DNA of 64,000 nt from an uncultured Chloroflexia bacterium (GTDB lineage Bacteria; Chloroflexota; Limnocylindria; Limnocylindrales; CSP1-4): assembly GCA_963749705.1 (NCBI GenBank), contig CAVVNQ010000007.1, positions 9,591 to 73,590 of the forward strand, read 5' to 3'. Positions within the stretch are counted from its first letter, which is position 1, and every line of letters begins with the position of its first letter. Below are positions 40,097 through 48,821 of the stretch, in pieces. Both the position numbers and the translations under genes were made by a program. The notes beneath the pieces were generated by a model. It was not told the DNA's origin. It worked only from the letters and a program-made list of their open reading frames with translations, and searched no databases.

Positions 40097-40590
40097 GTGC
40101 CTCCCTCCGCGAAGTTGGACAACGGTTCAGGAACCGCTCGCTGGCTGTGCGTACGCCCCCCAGGCCGTACGAGCAGCCGGGATCGTCGTCGCTGGGCACC
40201 TCCCTCGGGTCGATCCCTCCGGTCCACCCGTGATCCGGTTCCATCCCCAATGGGCGTAGTTTGCTCCGCCCGCGCGCCGGGTCAAGCCGCACGCGGCACC
40301 CGCGTTCCGGATACGCATCGACGCGGACCGGTTGCGAGCTGGTAATGGCCGATTACAGCACCCCCGGCTGAGGCCGGCAGAGGGCCTGAGGTCCCGAGAA
40401 TCACCCCCCCTTCGGGCCTGTGCGTCATTCGCCGATGACGCCATGGGCCCAGCGCACGGGTCACGAACCGACAGGCCCGGGTCCTTCGGGGATTCCGGCT
40501 CATGCCGGTGCCACGCATGAAGCGCGAGGCTTGGAGGCCATTGGCGGTGGCCGCGTCGAGCCACCCCGTTCTCGCATTGGAGAGGAACCC

Positions 40591-41439
40591 ATGCCCCGTA
40601 TCGTCCGAGGCGCGCTCCTGCAGGCAACCTGGACCGGCGACAAGGAGTCGATGATCCAGAAGCACGAGGGCTACGCGCACGAGGCGGCCAAGCAAGGCGC
40701 CCAGGTGATGCTGTTCCAGGAGCTGTTCTACGGCCCCTACTTCTGCCAGGTGCAGGAGCCCAGCTACTACAGCTACACCGAGCTCATCCCCGACGGCCCC
40801 ACGACCAAGCGCATGCAGGCGCTGGCCAAGGAGACGGGCATGGTCCTGGTGGTGCCGATGTACGAGGAGGACGGCACGGCCTCGGGCATCTACTACAACA
40901 CCGCGGCCGTGATCGATGCCGACGGGTCGTACCTGGGCAAGTACCGCAAGACCCACATCCCGCACGTGAAGGGGTTCTGGGAGAAGTACTACTTCCGCCC
41001 GGGCAACCTCGGCTACCCGGTGTTCTCGACCGCGGTGGGCAAGGTGGGCGTGTACATCTGCTACGACCGCCACTTCCCCGAGGGTGCCCGGGCGCTGGGG
41101 CTCAACGGGGCCGAGATGGTGTTCATCCCGAGTGCCACCAGCCGCGGCCTGTCCGAGTACCTGTGGCGGGTGGAGCAGATCAGCCACGCCGTCGCCAACG
41201 GCTACTTCGTGGGCACCATCAACCGGGTGGGCATCGAGCCATTGGGCGATGACGACTTCTACGGCCAGAGCTACTTCGCCGATCCGCGGGGCCAGATCAT
41301 CGGCGGTGCCGGCTCCGCGCACGACGAGGAGCTGATCATCCGCGACATGGACCTCGACCTCGTGACCGAGGTCCGCCAGACCTGGCAGTTCTACCGCGAC
41401 CGCCGTCCCGACCAGTACGGGGACCTGGTCCGACCCTGA
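40591..41439 (+). CDS. Beta-ureidopropionase / N-carbamoyl-beta-amino-acid amidohydrolase (nitrilase superfamily)
   Basis: Catalytic triad contexts FQELF, YRKTHIP, ICYDRHFPE. SD GGAGAGGA upstream of ATG 40591. Confidence 0.88.
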   Translation: MPRIVRGALLQATWTGDKESMIQKHEGYAHEAAKQGAQVMLFQELFYGPYFCQVQEPSYYSYTELIPDGPTTKRMQALAKETGMVLVVPMYEEDGTASGIYYNTAAVIDADGSYLGKYRKTHIPHVKGFWEKYYFRPGNLGYPVFSTAVGKVGVYICYDRHFPEGARALGLNGAEMVFIPSATSRGLSEYLWRVEQISHAVANGYFVGTINRVGIEPLGDDDFYGQSYFADPRGQIIGGAGSAHDEELIIRDMDLDLVTEVRQTWQFYRDRRPDQYGDLVRP

Positions 41440-41561
41440 CATCGCAATTCGCCACGTCACCGGGAGCCGGCACGGCGCCCCCCGGCTCCGGTGACGCCAC
41501 GTGACACGGCCGCGAGCGAAGCGGCATCCTGTCCACTGACCCGAAGTCCCGAGGAGGAACG

Positions 41562-42944
41562 ATGCGTACGCTCATCAAGGGAGGCACCATCGTCAACGCC
41601 GACGCCACCGGCGCCGGCGACGTGCTCGTCGATGGCGAGCGGATCGCGCTGATCGGCGAGCGCCTAGATGTCGAGGCCGACCAGACGATCGATGCCAGCG
41701 GCAAGTGGGTGATCCCGGGCGGGATCGACCCCCACACGCACATGGAGCTGCCGTTCGGCGGCACCTTCGCCAAGGACACGTTCGAGACCGGCAGCCGCGC
41801 GGCGGCGTTCGGTGGCACGACCACGATCATCGACTTCGCCGTCCAGCCGCGGGGCGGGTCGTTCCGCGACGGCCTCGCCACGTGGCACGAGAAGGCCGAC
41901 GGCAAGACCTGCATCGACTACGCGTTCCACGTGATCGTGTCCGACATGCGCGACGAGCTGCTGCCCGAGATGGACGAGCTGGTCGACGAGGGCGTCACCA
42001 CGTTCAAGCTGTTCACCGCCTACCCGGGCGTGTTCCTCAGCGGCGACGACGCGATCTTCAAGGCGATGAAGCAGACCGCCAAGAACGGCGGCATGATCCT
42101 GATGCATGCCGAGAACGGCCCCGTCATCGACGTGGTCGCGGCCGAGCTGGTGGCGCAGGGCGTCACCGACCCGATCGGGCATGGGCTCGCCCGCTACTCG
42201 ATCTTCGAGGCCGAGGCGACCCACCGGCTGATCCGGCTGGCCCAGGCCGCAAAGGCGCCCGTGTACTTCGTCCACATGTCCGCAAGGGAGGCGCTCGACG
42301 CGCTCCGCCAGGCGCAGAACGAGGGCCTGCCGGCGTTTGCCGAGACGTGCCCGCAGTACCTGTACCTGTCGCTCGCGGACATCGACCAGGGCTTCGAGGG
42401 CTCCAAGTTCGTCTGCTCGCCCCCGCTCCGCGACCGGGCCGCCGGCCACCAGGAGGAGCTCTGGAAGGGGCTGATCAAGGGCAACCTGTCAGCCGTCGGC
42501 ACGGACCACTGCCCGTTCGACTTCCACGGCCAGAAGGAGCTCGGCCGGGGCGACTTCCGCAAGATCCCCAACGGCCTGCCCGGCGTCGAGGAGCGGGTCG
42601 ACCTCATCCACCAGGGTGTCGTCGACGGCCGGATCACGCCCAACCGCTTCGTGGAGATCACCTCCACGGGCGCCGCGCGGCTGTTCGGCCTGACCAGGAA
42701 GGGCGCGATCGCCGCCGGCTACGACGCCGACATCGTGGTCTACGACCCCGACCGGAAGCACACCCTCAGCGCGAGCACGCACCACATGGACGTGGACTAC
42801 TCGTGCTACGAGGGCCTCGAGGTCCAGGGTGGCTCCGACGTGGTCATGAGCCGCGGCAAGGTCATCGTCGATCACGGCCAGTGGCTGGGCAAGGCCGGGG
42901 ACGGCAAGTTCGTCAAGCGGGAGCGCAGCATCTTCGTGCGCTGA
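41562..42944 (+). CDS. Dihydropyrimidinase / D-hydantoinase
   Basis: GGIDPHTHMELPFGGT, FKLFTAY (carboxylated Lys), MHAENG, VHMS, GTDHCPF. Confidence 0.92.
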   Translation: MRTLIKGGTIVNADATGAGDVLVDGERIALIGERLDVEADQTIDASGKWVIPGGIDPHTHMELPFGGTFAKDTFETGSRAAAFGGTTTIIDFAVQPRGGSFRDGLATWHEKADGKTCIDYAFHVIVSDMRDELLPEMDELVDEGVTTFKLFTAYPGVFLSGDDAIFKAMKQTAKNGGMILMHAENGPVIDVVAAELVAQGVTDPIGHGLARYSIFEAEATHRLIRLAQAAKAPVYFVHMSAREALDALRQAQNEGLPAFAETCPQYLYLSLADIDQGFEGSKFVCSPPLRDRAAGHQEELWKGLIKGNLSAVGTDHCPFDFHGQKELGRGDFRKIPNGLPGVEERVDLIHQGVVDGRITPNRFVEITSTGAARLFGLTRKGAIAAGYDADIVVYDPDRKHTLSASTHHMDVDYSCYEGLEVQGGSDVVMSRGKVIVDHGQWLGKAGDGKFVKRERSIFVR

Positions 42945-43010
42945 CCGCCCGTCCCCGACACGCACGGCGGCCCGGGAGCGAACGCTCCCGGGCCGCCTGA
43001 TTCGCGGGGG
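42936..43010 (+). repeat. Direct repeat copy 1 (46 nt shared with 44678-44723), split by a 29-30 nt palindromic hairpin
   Basis: gtgcgctgaccgcccgtccccgacacgcacg [hairpin 42967-42995] cctgattcgcggggg. Includes the last codons and stop of the dihydropyrimidinase gene. Confidence 0.9.
42967..42996 (+). terminator. Perfect 14-bp hairpin after the dihydropyrimidinase gene
   Basis: gcggcccgggagcg aa cgctcccgggccgc. Absent from the second repeat copy. Confidence 0.65.
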
Positions 43011-43075
43011 ACGGGGTCAACGCCGAACAACGCGCGGGACGTCGCCCGAACGCGTATCGTCATGGGCGTGGCCTG

Positions 43076-43972
43076 TTGCCGCAGCGCCCGGCGATCCGCG
43101 CCGGCACCATCGCGAGGCTCCCCTTGCCCCGGTTCGTCCGCCCGCTGCTCCTCCTGTCCGCTGCCCTGGTCCTGACGGCCGTGTTCGGGTTGGTTGTGTG
43201 GAGCCGCGCCCAGGCCGGTCCTGACGATGCGCCGCCGCTGCCCGCCATGGTCGATCCGCTGCTCCCCGACCTGGTCATGGCGCCGATCGAGGACATCGGC
43301 ATCACGGTCACCGGCGTTGGTGCCCGCAGGCTCCGGTTCTCCGCGATGTTCGTCAACATCGGCGAGGGCGACTTCCTGATCCGCGCCGACCGGACGTTTC
43401 CGTTGCTCGACGACTGGAAGGCCGTGCAGCTGATCGATGAACGAGGAGGCGGGCACACCGAGCACGACACCGGTGCAAGCCTCGTCTACGGTGGTGATGG
43501 GCACTTCCATTTCCACGTCCGAGAGTCGGAGCGCCATGTCCTGGAGACCCTCGACGGTGCGCCGATCGCCACGGTCGTGAAGCAGGGCTTCTGCTTCTTC
43601 GATACCGACCTCATCGACCCGGATCTGCCAGGCGCACCGGCCGCACCCGCGTATGACTCCAAGGCGTGTGGATCGCGCCTCGCCGTCCGATCGCGAATGG
43701 GCCTGTCCGTCGGCTGGGGCGACAAGTACCCCTGGAACATGCTCCAGCAGAACATCGACGTCACGGACCTGCCGGACGGAACGTATCGGATCCGGGAGAC
43801 GGCGGACCCGTTCAACGACTTCATCGAGGCGGACGAGTCGAACAACGACGTGTGGGCCGAGATCCGGATCACGACGGTTGACAGGTTTCCGCAGCTCGAG
43901 GTCGTGGCCCGCAGCCCGAGCGTGCTGACGTTGCGGGAGTCGCCGAGCCCGGGGATCACCCCGACGCCTTGA
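43076..43972 (+). CDS. Lysyl oxidase-family copper amine oxidase homolog (secreted or membrane-anchored). Start uncertain (TTG 43076 or TTG 43124).
   Basis: N-terminal TM/signal (LLLLSAALVLTAVFGLVVW). His-x-His-x-His GHFHFHV (43502-43516). KQGFCFFDTD (Lys 43580-82) and GWGDKYPW (Tyr 43727-29) match the positions of LTQ-forming residues. LPDGTYRI and ESNNDV tail. Confidence 0.75.
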   Translation: MPQRPAIRAGTIARLPLPRFVRPLLLLSAALVLTAVFGLVVWSRAQAGPDDAPPLPAMVDPLLPDLVMAPIEDIGITVTGVGARRLRFSAMFVNIGEGDFLIRADRTFPLLDDWKAVQLIDERGGGHTEHDTGASLVYGGDGHFHFHVRESERHVLETLDGAPIATVVKQGFCFFDTDLIDPDLPGAPAAPAYDSKACGSRLAVRSRMGLSVGWGDKYPWNMLQQNIDVTDLPDGTYRIRETADPFNDFIEADESNNDVWAEIRITTVDRFPQLEVVARSPSVLTLRESPSPGITPTP

Positions 43973-44183
43973 GGGGGATCAGCCCGACCCCGTCGGGCGG
44001 ACTTTCGCCGCCTGCGAGTGGTTCCCGTTCGCCGGCAACAATCCGGTGCGCCCTGGCAACACCTCGCCCGGCGCCCCGCACGCGAGGGCCGGAAGTCCTG
44101 AGAATCGGAGTACCAATGGCTGTCGCTTTCGGTTAAGGTCCGTGGACGGGGAGTCCATCTAATGTCGTGGAGGGAAGGGCCGA

Positions 44184-44591
44184 ATGAAGAAGCGCCTGCT
44201 GCTGTTGCCTGTCGCGCTGATGCTGTTGGCGCTGGTTGGCGTCCCGTCGGCGTCAGCGAGCCTGACGAGCGTCGAGTCCGGTGTCGGCAACCCGTCCTGT
44301 ACCGGGTTCAAGATCGACCCCGTTGCCGACGGCACCTACTACTTTGACGGCGCATGGTTCACCATTGACGTCTACCAGACCGCCAACGGGCCGGAATTCG
44401 ACTGGTCGTCCAACTACGTCGTCACCAGCGTCACGGTCAAGGGTGGTCCCGAGTACAACCTGTACATCTACTCCGGCGATGAGTCTGGCACGGGGCTGCA
44501 CTCACCGATCAACTACAAGAACCCGCACCACTTCTGGTACGGCCTCAGTCACCTGTGCTTCGAGGCATCGAAGAAGGAGCCCGCCAAGTAG
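44184..44591 (+). CDS. Small secreted protein of unknown function
   Basis: 135 aa. Classical signal peptide MKKRLLLLPVALMLLALVGVPSASA. Lower G+C codon usage than its neighbours. Lys-rich C-terminus SKKEPAK. Confidence 0.7.
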   Translation: MKKRLLLLPVALMLLALVGVPSASASLTSVESGVGNPSCTGFKIDPVADGTYYFDGAWFTIDVYQTANGPEFDWSSNYVVTSVTVKGGPEYNLYIYSGDESGTGLHSPINYKNPHHFWYGLSHLCFEASKKEPAK

Positions 44592-44617
44592 GGAGCGGCC
44601 CACCAACGCTGCGCAGC

Positions 44618-44647
44618 ACGACGCCGCGGCCACCGCCGCGGCGTCGT
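44618..44647 (+). terminator. Perfect 13-bp hairpin after the small secreted-protein gene
   Basis: acgacgccgcggc / cacc / gccgcggcgtcgt. Confidence 0.6.
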
Positions 44648-44677
44648 CATGTCTCGGGTGCGGTCTTGCAATTCAGG

Positions 44678-44723
44678 GTGCGCTGACCGCCCGTCCCCGA
44701 CACGCACGCCTGATTCGCGGGGG
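44678..44723 (+). repeat. Direct repeat copy 2 (identical to copy 1 minus the hairpin)
   Basis: gtgcgctgaccgcccgtccccgacacgcacgcctgattcgcggggg, a 46/46 match to 42936-42966 plus 42996-43010. Confidence 0.9.
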
Positions 44724-44731
44724 TTCGAGCC

Positions 44732-45865
44732 TCAGGCCGGGGTCAGCGGCGGGGCGTAGCCCTCGGCCTCATCCTGGTCCTCGTAGCCGCCGTGATAGTC
44801 CTTCGCCTCCGGGCGCCGGATCGCGGACTGGGCGACCACCCGGCCGCGGCGGATCCCGCGGAAGTCGTCGAGCGACGTCCAGCCGCGCTCCGCGTTTCGG
44901 TCGAGGAACTCGGCCATTCCGGTCGTCAGGTTGCGGATGACGTTGGGCCCGATCGCATGGTCGAGCATCGCCGCGGTCGCCACCTGGGCCGTCCCGCAGC
45001 CGAGCAGGAAGTAGCTCAGCGCGTGGTCGAACGTGGAGATCCCGCCGATCGCAGAGAACTCGTGATCGGGGAACGCCTGCGTCATCTCGGCCATCTTGGC
45101 CAGCGACTGCATCAGGATCCCGGGCCCGCCCTGCCCGCCCGGCGACACCAGGCCGTCGACGTTGACCTCGGGCTCAAGCGTCAACGGATCGAACAGCGGC
45201 AGCGACGGGAACGTGTTGGACGAGGAGATCGCGTCGGCGCCCCCGCGGAACGTGGCCTCGGCCTCTTCCACGATGTTGGCCGTTGCCGGGGTGAGCTTGA
45301 CCCACACCGGGACCCGGGCGACGGCCTTGACGGCCTGGGTGGACACGGAGCACAGGACCGGGTCCTTGCCGACGTTCGAGCCCATGTCGACGCGATCCAT
45401 GTGCGGGCATGAGAAGTTGAGCTCGAGCGCGTCGGCGCCGGCGTCCTGGACGCCCTCGACCAGGGTCTGCCAGTTGCCGAGCTCCTTGTCGGTGCCCGAG
45501 CCTGCCATGATCGAGGCGACCAGGACCCGGTCCGGCCACGCGGCCTTGATCGAGCGGATCCTGGGCAGCCACCAGTCCATCGGCTTGTCCGAGATCAGCT
45601 CCCAGTTCCAGGACGCCATCAGCGCCGTGTCGGGGCGCTTCGCCATCGACAGTCGCGAGCCACCGATGTCTGCGCGCAGGAACTTGGTCTTGGGCCCGGC
45701 GACGTTCACCACCGGGTGCAGCCCGATCGTCTTGGTGACCACGCCACCCCAGCCGGCTTCGAACGCCCGCATGATGTTGCTCTCGGACTCGGTCGGGGGC
45801 GCCGACGCGAGCAGGAACGGGTTCTCGAAGCGAATGCCCGTGAACACCGTGGACAGATCGGCCAC
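44732..45865 (-). CDS. Dihydroorotate/dihydropyrimidine dehydrogenase (PreA-like) FMN protein lacking the ferredoxin tail
   Basis: GIRFENPFLLASAPP, ELNFSCPH, VKLTPA, GGIST motifs. GTG 45865 with strong SD AAGGAGGAG. No C-terminal Cys clusters. Confidence 0.82.
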   Translation of the reverse strand: MADLSTVFTGIRFENPFLLASAPPTESESNIMRAFEAGWGGVVTKTIGLHPVVNVAGPKTKFLRADIGGSRLSMAKRPDTALMASWNWELISDKPMDWWLPRIRSIKAAWPDRVLVASIMAGSGTDKELGNWQTLVEGVQDAGADALELNFSCPHMDRVDMGSNVGKDPVLCSVSTQAVKAVARVPVWVKLTPATANIVEEAEATFRGGADAISSSNTFPSLPLFDPLTLEPEVNVDGLVSPGGQGGPGILMQSLAKMAEMTQAFPDHEFSAIGGISTFDHALSYFLLGCGTAQVATAAMLDHAIGPNVIRNLTTGMAEFLDRNAERGWTSLDDFRGIRRGRVVAQSAIRRPEAKDYHGGYEDQDEAEGYAPPLTPA

Positions 45866-46126
45866 TGGGCTCTCCTCCTTGCGCTGTGGGGATCCTGGCG
45901 CTGTGGAATGTCGCATCGTCCGGCCGAGGTGCTCGATCGCGGTAGGGCCGGTGGTCACGTCCCGTGCAGGCAGTCCGTCCAGCCCCTCCCGGTGACCCCA
46001 CCCGGACCTTGTTTGCCCGCGCGAAGAGCGGAGGATCAGGTCTGTCGCGACGTCGACATGCGGCACAGCCGCGCATCCCAGCCGTCGGACGCCACGCGAT
46101 CTCAGCACGCCAGGAGGCACACGGAC

Positions 46127-47671
46127 GTGACCACGGAAATCAGACCCAACGCGGAAGAGACGCCGCCGGCGATGCTGCCGATCCTGTCCCACTGGATCGA
46201 CGGCCGGCCGGTCGAGGTCCTGCCGGAGAACACGAGCCCGGTGTTCAACCCCGCCACGGGCGAGGTGATCGCCCGGGTCCCGCGCGGCGGGGCCGCCGAG
46301 GTCGACCGCGCCGTCGCTGCCGCCAAGGCCGCGTTCCCGGCGTGGCGGGACATGCCCCTCATCGCGCGCAGCCAGCTGTTCTTCGCCTTCCGCGAGCTGA
46401 TGTGGAAGCATCGCGAGGAGCTGGCCGCGCTGGTGACCCGCGACCATGGCAAGACGTTCCCCGACGCCCTGGCCGGCGTGACCCGCGGCATCGAGACGAT
46501 CGAGTACGCGTGCGGGCTGCCCGTCCACCTCGCCGGCATGAACACGCCCAACGTCGCGACCAACGTTGACGCGATCACCCTGCGCCAGCCGCTGGGCGTG
46601 GTGGCCGCCATCACCCCGTTCAACTTCCCGGCCATGGTCCCGATGTGGATCTACCCGATCGCGCTGGCCGCCGGCAACACGTTCGTGCTCAAGCCCTCCT
46701 CGCACACCCCGGGGGCGACGCAGCTCCAGGCGGACCTGTGGAAGGAAGCCGGCCTGCCCGACGGCGTGTTCAACATCGTCTATGGCGGTCGCGAGGCCGT
46801 CGCCGGCATCGTGGAGCACCCGGACATCAAGGCCATCCAGTTCGTGGGCTCGACGGGCGTCGGGCGCTACGTCTACGAAGAGGGCACCAAGCGCGGCAAG
46901 CGGGTCGGTGCGTTCACCAGCGCGAAGAACGCGATGGTCGTGCTGCCCGACGCAGACCTGGAGATGACGGCCGATGCGGCGGTCGCGGCGGGCTACGGCT
47001 CGGCCGGCGAGCGGTGCATGGCCCAGACCCTCGTGATCGCGGTTGGCGGCGTCGCCGACCGGCTGCGGCCCCTGATCGAGGAGCGGATCTCCCGGCTCAA
47101 GATCGGGCCAGGCATGGACCCCGGCGTCGACATGGGCCCCATCTACACCGCAGACCATCGCGCGTCGGTCATGAAGTGGATCGATCGTGGCGAGGCCGAG
47201 GGTGCCGAGCTGGTCGTCGACGGCCGGCCGTTCGTCCATCCCGAGCATCCCGGCGGGTTCTACCTGGGCGTGACCCTGTTCGACCAGGTCACGCCGGACA
47301 TGGACATCTACAACGAGGAGATCTTCGGCCCGGTGCTGGGGATCGTCCGCGCGGAGACCTTCGACGAGGCGCTTGGCCTCGTGAACGGCCACCAGTACGC
47401 AAACGGCACCGCGATCTTCACCACGAACGGCGGCGCCGCACGGCGCTACCAGCTCGAGGTGGACGTGCCGATGATCGGCATCAACGTGCCGATCCCGGTT
47501 CCCGCCGGCTACCTGTCGTTCAGCGGCGGCAAGGCGAGCTCGTTCGGCGACCTGCCGATGCGCGGCGAGGACGGCCTCCGGTTCTTCAGCCAGCAGAAGG
47601 AGGTCACGATCCGCTGGCCCGAGCCCGGCAAGCAGGGCCCCCTGAGCCTGGTGTTCCCCGGCAACAGCTGA
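46127..47671 (+). CDS. mmsA: CoA-acylating methylmalonate/malonate-semialdehyde dehydrogenase
   Basis: PFNFPAMVPMW, FVLKPS, GERCMA catalytic Cys, EEIFGPVL. Start is GTG 46127 (SD AGGAGG), or ATG 46172 which is not excluded. Confidence 0.88.
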   Translation: MTTEIRPNAEETPPAMLPILSHWIDGRPVEVLPENTSPVFNPATGEVIARVPRGGAAEVDRAVAAAKAAFPAWRDMPLIARSQLFFAFRELMWKHREELAALVTRDHGKTFPDALAGVTRGIETIEYACGLPVHLAGMNTPNVATNVDAITLRQPLGVVAAITPFNFPAMVPMWIYPIALAAGNTFVLKPSSHTPGATQLQADLWKEAGLPDGVFNIVYGGREAVAGIVEHPDIKAIQFVGSTGVGRYVYEEGTKRGKRVGAFTSAKNAMVVLPDADLEMTADAAVAAGYGSAGERCMAQTLVIAVGGVADRLRPLIEERISRLKIGPGMDPGVDMGPIYTADHRASVMKWIDRGEAEGAELVVDGRPFVHPEHPGGFYLGVTLFDQVTPDMDIYNEEIFGPVLGIVRAETFDEALGLVNGHQYANGTAIFTTNGGAARRYQLEVDVPMIGINVPIPVPAGYLSFSGGKASSFGDLPMRGEDGLRFFSQQKEVTIRWPEPGKQGPLSLVFPGNS

Positions 47672-47776
47672 TCCAGCGCTGTCATCCGAGCCCGCCGCCC
47701 CACCGGGTGGCGGGCTCGAACCATGTCCGGGGCTACGCTTCGGACATCACTGCCCATCCGACGGAGGCTTCGACGC

Positions 47777-48760
47777 ATGGAATACCGCAGGCTCGGCCGG
47801 ACCGGCCGCGACGTGAGCGCCGTGGGGTTCGGCGCGTGGGCCATCGGCGGCTCGTGGGGGACCGTGGATGACGGGCAGAGCCTGCGAGCGCTCCATGCCG
47901 CCGCCGACGCGGGCGTGACGCTGATCGACACCGCGGACGTGTACGGCGATGGACGCAGCGAGCAGCTGATCGCGCGCTTCCTGGGCGAGCGCCCCGGCGA
48001 GTCGTTCTTCGTGGCCACCAAGATGGGCCGAGCGGTCCCGCAGGAGGTCGCCAACTACACGCCCGAGGCCTTCCGGCGATGGGTGGATGGCAGCCGGGAA
48101 CGGCTGGGGATGGACCGGCTGGACCTGGTCCAGCTCCACTGCCCGCCGACCGCGCTGTTCTACCAGCCGGAGACCTTCGCCGCGCTCGACGAGCTCGTCG
48201 CGGACGGCTCGATCGCCGCCTACGGCGTGAGCGTCGAGAAGGTGGAGGAGGCCCTCAAGGCGATCGAGTTCCCGGGCGTCGCAACCGTCCAGCTCATCTT
48301 CAACGTGTTCCGGCAGCGTCCCGCCGAGCGGTTCCTCACCGAGGCCGCACGCCGCGACGTGGGCGTCCTCGCCCGGGTGCCGCTCGCGTCGGGCCTGCTG
48401 ACCGGGAAGCTCACCGCGTCGACCGAGTTCGAGCCCACGGACCACCGGCGGTTCAACCGGCACGGCGAGGAGTTCGACATGGGCGAGACGTTCGCGGGGG
48501 TGGACTACGACACCGGCCTCGCGGTCGTGGAAGAGCTGCGCGGCCTGGTTCCCGAGGGCGCGACGATGGCCCAGATGGCCATCCGCTGGATCCTCATGCG
48601 TCGCGAGGTCACGGCCACGATCCCGGGCGCGAAGACCCCGGAGCAGGCGCGCGCGAACGCCGCAGCGGCCGACCTCGCCCCGCTCCCGGCGGCCACGATG
48701 GCTCGCATCGAGGCGCTCTACGACGAGCGGATCAGGCCCCTCGTCCATCAGCGCTGGTAG
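47777..48760 (+). CDS. Aldo/keto reductase
   Basis: MEYRRLGRTGRDVSAVGFGAW, IDTADVYGDGRSE, LDLVQLH motifs. SD GGAGG. Confidence 0.9.
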   Translation: MEYRRLGRTGRDVSAVGFGAWAIGGSWGTVDDGQSLRALHAAADAGVTLIDTADVYGDGRSEQLIARFLGERPGESFFVATKMGRAVPQEVANYTPEAFRRWVDGSRERLGMDRLDLVQLHCPPTALFYQPETFAALDELVADGSIAAYGVSVEKVEEALKAIEFPGVATVQLIFNVFRQRPAERFLTEAARRDVGVLARVPLASGLLTGKLTASTEFEPTDHRRFNRHGEEFDMGETFAGVDYDTGLAVVEELRGLVPEGATMAQMAIRWILMRREVTATIPGAKTPEQARANAAAADLAPLPAATMARIEALYDERIRPLVHQRW

Positions 48761-48821
48761 GGGGCGTATCGCGCTGCGCGAACCGTGCGGCGCCCACCGG
48801 TCGAACGGCTATCGTGAGTGG

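Noticed and set aside
44712-44735. tRNA T-arm-like string GGTTCGAGCC next to direct repeat copy 2 (a possible tRNA integration site)
   Set aside because: The flanking bases cannot form the T-stem (ggggg/ctcag). No acceptor, D or anticodon arms can be drawn. The repeat instead duplicates the 3' end of the dihydropyrimidinase gene.
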